The notes beneath the pieces are model-generated. The model had not been told where the DNA came from. It made no database searches and worked only from the letters and a program-made list of their open reading frames with translations. Both the position numbers and the translations under genes were made by a program. From positions 816 through 64,815 of the forward strand of contig JBFFMM010000001.1 in assembly GCA_041554075.1 (NCBI GenBank): a DNA stretch of 64,000 nucleotides, in the 5' to 3' direction. The stretch comes from Draconibacterium sp. (lineage in GTDB: Bacteria; Bacteroidota; Bacteroidia; Bacteroidales; Prolixibacteraceae). The number at the start of each line of letters is the position of its first letter. Position 1 is the stretch's first letter. Positions 57,843 to 64,000 of this stretch are shown in pieces.

Positions 57843-60095
57843 TCAGTTATTTTCAGTATTCTTGGGTTTTAAACTCCATCCAAATTTAAGCCCAAAAACA
57901 AACCAGGCCAATGCGATTGTACCAAATGCAAAAATAGTATCGCCAATTACCCGCAGCCATTTAAAGGTTACCAAATAAGGTTGCTGCATAAATTCTGCCG
58001 AGCGTGCCCACCACAATCCTTCTTTTACACTGGCAACGGTTTGCGCCAAACCAATAGGAAGCACGCTGATTAAAACCATGGCAGCCAATCCGATATTAAT
58101 ACTCCAAAAGGCAAATTTTATCCAACCTTCTTTCCAGACTACGTCTTTGTTCATATCGCGCAAAACAAAAAGCATTAAGCCAATTCCCAGCATTCCGTAA
58201 ACACCAAATAGTGCGGTATGTCCGTGAACGGCTGTGGTATTTAAACCTTGCATGTAGTACAATGCAGTGGGTGGATTAATTAAAAATCCGAAAATTCCGG
58301 CACCCACTAAATTCCAAAATGCTACGGCAATAAAACTATAAATGGGCCATTTGTAGGCTTTTATCCATTCACTGCTGCGGCTTACTTTTAAGTTGTCGAA
58401 TGCTTCGAAACCCATTAGTACAAGTGGCACCACTTCAAGGGCACTAAACGTTGCCCCCAGCGCCATAACCGCCGTTGGCGTTCCAGTAAAATACAGGTGA
58501 TGAAATGTTCCCAGAATTCCACCCGATAAGAAAACAATGGTGGTAAAAAGTACGGCCAGTGTTGCGGTCGTAACTTTTACAATTTCTAAACGAACAAAAA
58601 GGAAAGCCACAACTACGGCAGCAAATACTTCGAAAAATCCTTCTACCCAAAGGTGAACCACCCACCAGCGCCAGTATTCGGCAATGGCTAAATTGGTTTG
58701 TCTGCCCCACATTAACCCTGCTCCGTAAAAGGCAGCAATGGCAATACAAGAAATCAAAAATAAAATCAACAAATTCCGATTGGCGGTTTTTTGTTTTAAA
58801 GCCGGATAAATGGCACGCCCCATTAAAAGCAGCCAAATAATTAATCCAACAAAAAGGAATATTTGCCAAAAACGGCCCAAATCAACATATTCGTAACCTT
58901 GATGTCCGAACCAGAAATTGTTAACCAAACCTAATTTTTGCATTACGCCCATCCATTGCCCGGCGAGCGAACCAACTACAATTACCAGCAGTGCGAGAAA
59001 CAAAAAGTTTACACCCAGTTTCTGAAATTTAGGTTCGACACCTGAAATGGCCGGGGCATAATACAAACCGGTTGCCAGCCACGATGTGGCAATCCAGAAA
59101 ATAGCAATTTGAACGTGCCAGGTACGCGAAATAGAATAGGGCAGCCAGTCGGAAAGCGGCAGCCCATAAAAAGCCTGGCCTTCAACACCATAATGTGCGG
59201 TAATAACTCCCATGATAACCTGAACCAGAAGAAGTGCCGAAACCGTCCAGAAATATTTTACGGTTGCTTTTTGCGACGGAGTTTGTATTTCGTTGCGCAG
59301 CGGAAATAGTTTTGGAGCCACATCTTCTTCGTTACGGCGGCGTGCATAATAAAGGGCCATTAAACCAATTCCGGCCAATAAAATAATTACACTAAAACCG
59401 GTCCATAAATGCAGCTCCCCAGCCGGTTCGTTTCCAACCAATTTTTCGGCTGGCCAGTTGTTTGTGTAGGTAATATCTTCGCCGGGGCGTTCGGTTACAC
59501 AGGCCCACGATGCCCAAAAGAAAAAAGCATTCATTAAACGAACACGTTCTTCGGTTTTTAAGGAATTTAAAGGAATACTGTACGAATCGCGCAAATCTTC
59601 CAAGGCCGGGTCATCGGTAAATAAACCGCCATAAAATTTGCTGTTGCTTGCAATCGCTTTGGCACGTACATTCGATACGGTTAATGTTTTTGTTACTTTA
59701 TTAAAGGTATTTTTTCGCACATCTTTTTGCAAAGAAATTTTTAGCGAGGCCTGTTTTTCTTCGCTTAATTGCGCGTAGGGTACACCCTCGTTTTGCTTTG
59801 CCAGTTCGTCTAAAATAAATACAGCCTCTTTGTGCAACCAATCGGCAGTCCAATCGGGAGCCTGGTATGCACCGTGCCCCCAAATTGAGCCTAATTGTTG
59901 CCCTCCAACCGATTGCCACACATTCTGGCCATCTTTAATGTCTTGCCCGGTAAAAAGTACCGTCCCATCTTCTGTTACAACTTTCTCGGGAATTGGCGGT
60001 GCCTCGCGATATATTTCTCTACCATAATACAATAAAACACCAAAGGAAAACACCATAACGGCAATAAATCCCCACCATAATTTTTTTGATTTCAT
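57843..60095 (-). CDS. norB: quinol-dependent nitric oxide reductase (qNor/NorZ)
   Basis: GSIWGHGAY.APDWTADWLH, YT.NWP, WWVVHLWVEGFFE, GTFHHLYF, VHGHTALFG; 750-aa single subunit. Confidence 0.96.
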   Translation of the reverse strand: MKSKKLWWGFIAVMVFSFGVLLYYGREIYREAPPIPEKVVTEDGTVLFTGQDIKDGQNVWQSVGGQQLGSIWGHGAYQAPDWTADWLHKEAVFILDELAKQNEGVPYAQLSEEKQASLKISLQKDVRKNTFNKVTKTLTVSNVRAKAIASNSKFYGGLFTDDPALEDLRDSYSIPLNSLKTEERVRLMNAFFFWASWACVTERPGEDITYTNNWPAEKLVGNEPAGELHLWTGFSVIILLAGIGLMALYYARRRNEEDVAPKLFPLRNEIQTPSQKATVKYFWTVSALLLVQVIMGVITAHYGVEGQAFYGLPLSDWLPYSISRTWHVQIAIFWIATSWLATGLYYAPAISGVEPKFQKLGVNFLFLALLVIVVGSLAGQWMGVMQKLGLVNNFWFGHQGYEYVDLGRFWQIFLFVGLIIWLLLMGRAIYPALKQKTANRNLLILFLISCIAIAAFYGAGLMWGRQTNLAIAEYWRWWVVHLWVEGFFEVFAAVVVAFLFVRLEIVKVTTATLAVLFTTIVFLSGGILGTFHHLYFTGTPTAVMALGATFSALEVVPLVLMGFEAFDNLKVSRSSEWIKAYKWPIYSFIAVAFWNLVGAGIFGFLINPPTALYYMQGLNTTAVHGHTALFGVYGMLGIGLMLFVLRDMNKDVVWKEGWIKFAFWSINIGLAAMVLISVLPIGLAQTVASVKEGLWWARSAEFMQQPYLVTFKWLRVIGDTIFAFGTIALAWFVFGLKFGWSLKPKNTENN

Positions 60096-60151
60096 TTTTA
60101 ATAAGTTTAATTTTTAGTATGAAATAGTTTACTGGATTTTGATTAATGGAC

Positions 60152-60490
60152 CTAAACCATAATGGTTTTTGTTACTGGTTTTGGTGCTTTTACCACAAGA
60201 ATGCGTGCCACCTTATCCGATTTATTTGCGATACAATGCACAATATCTTTTGGACTTTCAACCAAACTATCTTTTTCAACGGTACGCGTTTCGTCGCCAA
60301 CCTGAATTTGGGGTGTTCCTTCCAGTACATAGAAAAATACATCAACCGGGGTAATGTGCGGAATCAATCCCTCACCTGGCTGAAGTGTAATGTGCATGGC
60401 TTGTGCATTGTCGTGGTCGTATAAACGGCGAACTTCAACTTTGTGCGGGTTTTTCTGCAATGGTGCATCTTTTACCAATGTAATAATCAT
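60152..60490 (-). CDS. cupin-domain protein (close paralogue of 26419..26757)
   Basis: AQAMHITLQPGE.L.PHITPVDVFFYVLEGTP shared by both copies. Confidence 0.88.
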   Translation of the reverse strand: MIITLVKDAPLQKNPHKVEVRRLYDHDNAQAMHITLQPGEGLIPHITPVDVFFYVLEGTPQIQVGDETRTVEKDSLVESPKDIVHCIANKSDKVARILVVKAPKPVTKTIMV

Positions 60491-60513
60491 AAGAATAATT
60501 TTTTTTGTTTTAA

Positions 60514-61056
60514 TTAGAGGTAAATAGCTGCCAGTTCTTTAATTCTCTGAATAGAATTTTCAGGGCTAAATGCTGCTTGTGCATTATTTTCGACCTTAGT
60601 AAACTCCGCCAATAAGTTTTGTTGTTCATCGTTGGTAAATGCATTGTCTGCCATTCGAAACAGAATATTGTTTTCCTTGTCGATATGAGCTTGTAGAAGC
60701 TGTGCATATCCTACCATATTTGCATAAATAGTTTGCAAGGCATGGACATTCCCATTTTTAAATTCCTGAATCCCTTCGTCGGCACCTCTTACATAATTCC
60801 GTCCTTCCTCGTGGTCGTGTAACATAACTGCCACAGGTCCACTCTCCGGCGAAAAACCTTTTTCTCCCATCAAAGGGAAAAGCAAATCTTCCTCTTTTGC
60901 ATGGTGCGTTCCATCGGCAAAATTGCGAATCAGATTTATTACCAATTCAAAATGACTGGTGTTATCGCTTTGTTTTTCTACCATCGCCAACATTACATCG
61001 CATAAGCGAAGAATATAAACATGGTCGTTTTCTAAATTTTGTGTTGCTGTATTCAT
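60514..61056 (-). CDS. hemerythrin-domain protein
   Basis: L..DH, HHAKEE..LFP, GP.AVML.DH, HIDKEN..LF. Confidence 0.9.
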   Translation of the reverse strand: MNTATQNLENDHVYILRLCDVMLAMVEKQSDNTSHFELVINLIRNFADGTHHAKEEDLLFPLMGEKGFSPESGPVAVMLHDHEEGRNYVRGADEGIQEFKNGNVHALQTIYANMVGYAQLLQAHIDKENNILFRMADNAFTNDEQQNLLAEFTKVENNAQAAFSPENSIQRIKELAAIYL

Positions 61057-61068
61057 CTGCTTAAAATT

Positions 61069-61773
61069 TTAGTTTTCTGCCAGTTTTAGTGCTTTCGGAA
61101 AAAGTATATTATTTTCAAGATGCACGTGAACATGAATGTCGTCTTCGAATTGTTTTAGGATTTTAAACGCAACCTCGTAGGTATTACACGCATCGTCTGG
61201 TGTTTTGTAGCCATCTGTAATTCGGTTTATTTCATCCAAAGTTCCGCCTGCAAAATCGTGTTCGCCCAACATTCGTTTAATTTCCGAATTGATTGTAGCT
61301 TTTGTTTCATTGGTAGGATTAGCAAGAATTGATTTTATGGCAGGAAAAAGAACTTCCTCTTCCATTTTTAAATGTTGTGTTAATTCGGTATTAACAGCTG
61401 CAATATCTTTTGCAATACCAATTAATTCAGGGTGGGTTTCGCCATGAACCTCTGCAATTTTAGCGGTATAAAATATCAACTCGGGTAAGGTTTTAACTAC
61501 ATATTTATGATGCGTGTTTACAATGTAGTCGATTAAAAATGGCAAATCCCATTCTTTGAAATTCAAGGATTGATTAATGGGTTGAGATTTTAGTTCTGCT
61601 ATTTTTTGTTCAAACTCTGCAACATCTAAATTTAAATCTTTGCAGGCTTCTCCAACCGATTGTTTTCCTCCGCAACAAAAGTCAATTCCAACATCTGTAA
61701 ATACTTTCGATGTTCTGAAATCATCGGCTACTATTTCTCCAATTTGTATGTCTTTAAATTCTACAGTACTCAT
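61069..61773 (-). CDS. ric: iron-sulfur cluster repair di-iron protein
   Basis: GIDFCCGG, YIVNTHH.Y, VHGE.HPE, HLKMEE.VLFP, EH, H.HVHLENNILFP. Confidence 0.95.
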   Translation of the reverse strand: MSTVEFKDIQIGEIVADDFRTSKVFTDVGIDFCCGGKQSVGEACKDLNLDVAEFEQKIAELKSQPINQSLNFKEWDLPFLIDYIVNTHHKYVVKTLPELIFYTAKIAEVHGETHPELIGIAKDIAAVNTELTQHLKMEEEVLFPAIKSILANPTNETKATINSEIKRMLGEHDFAGGTLDEINRITDGYKTPDDACNTYEVAFKILKQFEDDIHVHVHLENNILFPKALKLAEN

Positions 61774-61796
61774 CTTCTTTACTTTTAAATTTAGGG

Positions 61797-61867
61797 CAAA
61801 TATAAAACTATTTTTTTTAATGTGGACTAAAAGGTCTATTAATCAATTGCGATTTTATGTATTTTTG
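61797..61867. promoter_or_regulatory. divergent ric/rrf2 promoters with a candidate Rrf2 operator
   Basis: CAAATATA (minus -7, 61797-61804), TATTTTTG (plus -7, 61860-61867) and imperfect palindrome TGGAC-TAAAAG-GTCTA between them. Confidence 0.45.
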
Positions 61868-61884
61868 CAAAAAACAAAATAACC

Positions 61885-62322
61885 GTGTTTAAAAAAGAAA
61901 CAGAATATGCATTAAGAGGTCTGGTTTACATTAAGATACAAAACCAGAATGGGCGCAGTCCGGGTATTTCGGAGATTTCGACCGAAATTGAAACGCCACA
62001 ACATTACATGGCTAAAATACTGCAACGACTTGTTCGGATGGGTTTTATACAATCGGTAAAAGGCAAAAATGGGGGTTACTCTTTTAACACCGAAAAACCT
62101 GACTTAACCTTGAAAGAAGTAATTGTATCGATAGAAGGCGATGAATTGTTTGAAGGCTGTGGGTTTGGCTTAAAACATTGCGACGAAAAAAATCCTTGCC
62201 CGCTCCATTCTTCTTACGCACCCATACGCGATGCCATTAACAAGTTAGTTGACGACGAAACAATACAAAGCTTGGCAGGAAAAAATTTAAATGAATTTGA
62301 CTTTGTGTTGAACAGAAAATAA
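61885..62322 (+). CDS. Rrf2-family regulator with three C-terminal Cys (NsrR-like)
   Basis: EYALR, KILQ.L...G...S.KG..GG, C.FG...C....PCPLH. Confidence 0.9.
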   Translation: MFKKETEYALRGLVYIKIQNQNGRSPGISEISTEIETPQHYMAKILQRLVRMGFIQSVKGKNGGYSFNTEKPDLTLKEVIVSIEGDELFEGCGFGLKHCDEKNPCPLHSSYAPIRDAINKLVDDETIQSLAGKNLNEFDFVLNRK

Positions 62323-62327
62323 GGATT

Positions 62328-63524
62328 ATGTCAGAATTTACCAATCACAGAACAGAACGAATTAAAAAGCTTACTACACTTTTTCAGGCCATTTTAATCA
62401 ATGAAAACGTAAAAGAGCTTTACGAAGAATATCGTGAAATTATTGATTTATGCATTCCGTCGGATGTGGTTTACCTTGTTGATGAACTGGTAAAAACCGA
62501 TGTACCGATGCCTGAAATGAAAAAGGGAATCAATAAGATACTGAATTTGTTGTACAAAACAATTGCTAATTATCCTTATACACCGCCCCGTGAAAACAGC
62601 TATTTATGGGTTTTGTTGGAAAACAACCGCTTGATGCACGAAAAGCTAACCGAACTCAAACCTTTTATAAAAGAGCTAAATAAAAATCAAGATTCGTTGG
62701 AGTCAAAACAAAAGGCGCTGGAGGTTTTAAGCGGACTCGAAAAATTTATAAACTACTACGTTATAAAAGAAAATCTTTTGTTTCCGGTAATCGAAAAATA
62801 CATTGCCGAATTTCGTTGTTTGTCGGTTATGTGGTCGTTTCACGACGATATAAAACGTAACCTTAAAAAGGCAATTCAAATATTGAATGAAGAAAGTTTT
62901 GAGTTAAAAGAATTTAACCGTTTAAGTGGCGATTTGTTTTTTAATATGAATGCCATAAAATTTCGTGAAGAACGAATTTTGTACCCCTTGGTTGGTGATG
63001 TTATTCCCGAAAAAGAGCTTCAAAATTTATTTACCCAAAGTTTGGAACTTGGCTTCCCATTTTATACCCCCGATATGGAATTTAAGGGAAATGAAGTGAT
63101 CGAAACCGAGGCAGGTAAAGTAAATTTAGAAACAGGCATTTTAAGTGTGGAGCAAATAAAACTGGTTTTTAATCACTTGCCGGTGGATATTACTTTTGTT
63201 GATGAATTTGGTAAAGTGCAATATTTCTCGACTCCCAAAAAACGTATTTTCCCACGAACCAAAGCTATAATTGGGCGCGATGTTCATAATTGCCATCCCA
63301 AAGAAAGTGTGCATGTGGTAGAAAAAATAGTGGAAGCTTTTAAAGCCGGCACAAAAGACTCGGCAAGTTTTTGGATTGATATGAAAGGCATGCGTTTATT
63401 GATTCAATACTTTGCTATTCGCGATGAAGCTGGCAGATACAAAGGAGTTGTAGAAGTATCGCAGGAAATTAGCGAAATTCAAAGTTTAAAAGGCGAAAAC
63501 CGCTTACTGGATTGGGAGGAGTAA
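62328..63524 (+). CDS. second DUF438-like - hemerythrin - PAS protein
   Basis: KEN.LFP, VMW..HDDI, REE.IL.P, PVDITFVD, IFPR....IGR.V.NCHP. Confidence 0.88.
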   Translation: MSEFTNHRTERIKKLTTLFQAILINENVKELYEEYREIIDLCIPSDVVYLVDELVKTDVPMPEMKKGINKILNLLYKTIANYPYTPPRENSYLWVLLENNRLMHEKLTELKPFIKELNKNQDSLESKQKALEVLSGLEKFINYYVIKENLLFPVIEKYIAEFRCLSVMWSFHDDIKRNLKKAIQILNEESFELKEFNRLSGDLFFNMNAIKFREERILYPLVGDVIPEKELQNLFTQSLELGFPFYTPDMEFKGNEVIETEAGKVNLETGILSVEQIKLVFNHLPVDITFVDEFGKVQYFSTPKKRIFPRTKAIIGRDVHNCHPKESVHVVEKIVEAFKAGTKDSASFWIDMKGMRLLIQYFAIRDEAGRYKGVVEVSQEISEIQSLKGENRLLDWEE

Positions 63525-63580
63525 TTTATCCAATTGCTTTGTTGACATAACTATATCTCCAATTTAGATAGTCTCACATA

Positions 63581-64000
63581 TCAACCAATAAACTTATGAA
63601 TATCAAACCCCGTCAATCCAATATTTAGCTTAACATCCGAATTTGGTCGCTCCAATCTTCCCAAATGCAAATCAATTAAAGCTGTAATCCGCTTGGCATT
63701 GTTTTCGGAGGTAGATGCCAGTTGCTCTACCCAATCGGTATTTCCGTTTTCGTAAAGAAGTTTTCCGGTTTCGGGAGTGGATTGGGCTTGGTGGTTCCCG
63801 ACTTCATTGACCACAGCCATCATTTCTTCAAACGTTATATTTTGGGAATAATCATTGTGCAAACCGAGCATTTCTAATTCCTCCTGTTCTTCCTGATTAT
63901 TGGCTTCTTCCGTTTCATAATCGAGCGGTATTTCAATGTCCATTTTACCAGATGTATCAGAACTTGGCTCTGAGATTCCCTTTTGATTTTTGCTTTCACT
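63581..64000 (-). CDS. TraD/DUF4122-like protein of a Bacteroidota conjugative or mobilisable element (5' end outside the window)
   Basis: Frame stays open from 63943 to the window edge; acidic DIEIPLDYE...EQEELE, ITFEEM, TDWVEQL, LID.H, GFDI..F pattern resembles this family (from memory). Confidence 0.55.
   Translation of the reverse strand, partial: SESKNQKGISEPSSDTSGKMDIEIPLDYETEEANNQEEQEELEMLGLHNDYSQNITFEEMMAVVNEVGNHQAQSTPETGKLLYENGNTDWVEQLASTSENNAKRITALIDLHLGRLERPNSDVKLNIGLTGFDIHKFIG

Noticed and set aside
57843-60095. NO dismutase (Nod) rather than qNor
   Set aside because: Canonical HLWVEGFFE, HH and HGH ligands are intact
1-64000. CRISPR array, tRNA/rRNA genes, integrase or transposase; the many short ORFs overlapping long genes
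   Set aside because: No regularly spaced repeats, RNA genes or recombinase motifs seen by eye; the short overlapping ORFs are antisense or off-frame shadows of well-supported genes

Overview
AT-rich Bacteroidota DNA (SusC/SusD pair, TAnnTTTG promoters, GT3 glycogen synthase; Prolixibacteraceae-like is my inference) that looks like the cargo region of a conjugative or mobilisable element. Left to right: a Gabija (OLD nuclease + UvrD) defence operon extended by an orphan ORF and a SLATT membrane effector; an orphan HigA-type antitoxin; narK-narK-hyp-diheme cytochrome c-narGHJI; an RND/TolC efflux operon with three TetR genes and an OMPLA-like barrel; a sialic-acid PUL with a NanM-SSS transporter fusion; glycogen synthase, MscS, USP and a small alarmone synthetase; an unusual MarR-centred module with three Rnk paralogues, a degenerate MinD-type ATPase and an un-called 49-aa four-Cys microprotein, tied together by a shared palindromic operator; a nitric-oxide stress cluster (qNor, Ric, hemerythrin, Rrf2, two DUF438-hemerythrin-PAS genes, DUF1858, DUF2024); and the 3' part of a TraD/DUF4122-like gene. 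I recognised no integrase or transposase ORF. Several cargo blocks are instead bordered by five diverged, orphan 3' gene tails (2x traD-like, 2x DUF1858, 1x narI), suggesting repeated homology-anchored accretion of cassettes. Most promising candidates for undescribed biology: the Rnk x3/MarR/Cys4-microprotein module, the gene-tail cassette architecture, and the extended Gabija operon. All family assignments come from motif recognition by eye; no database searches were run.
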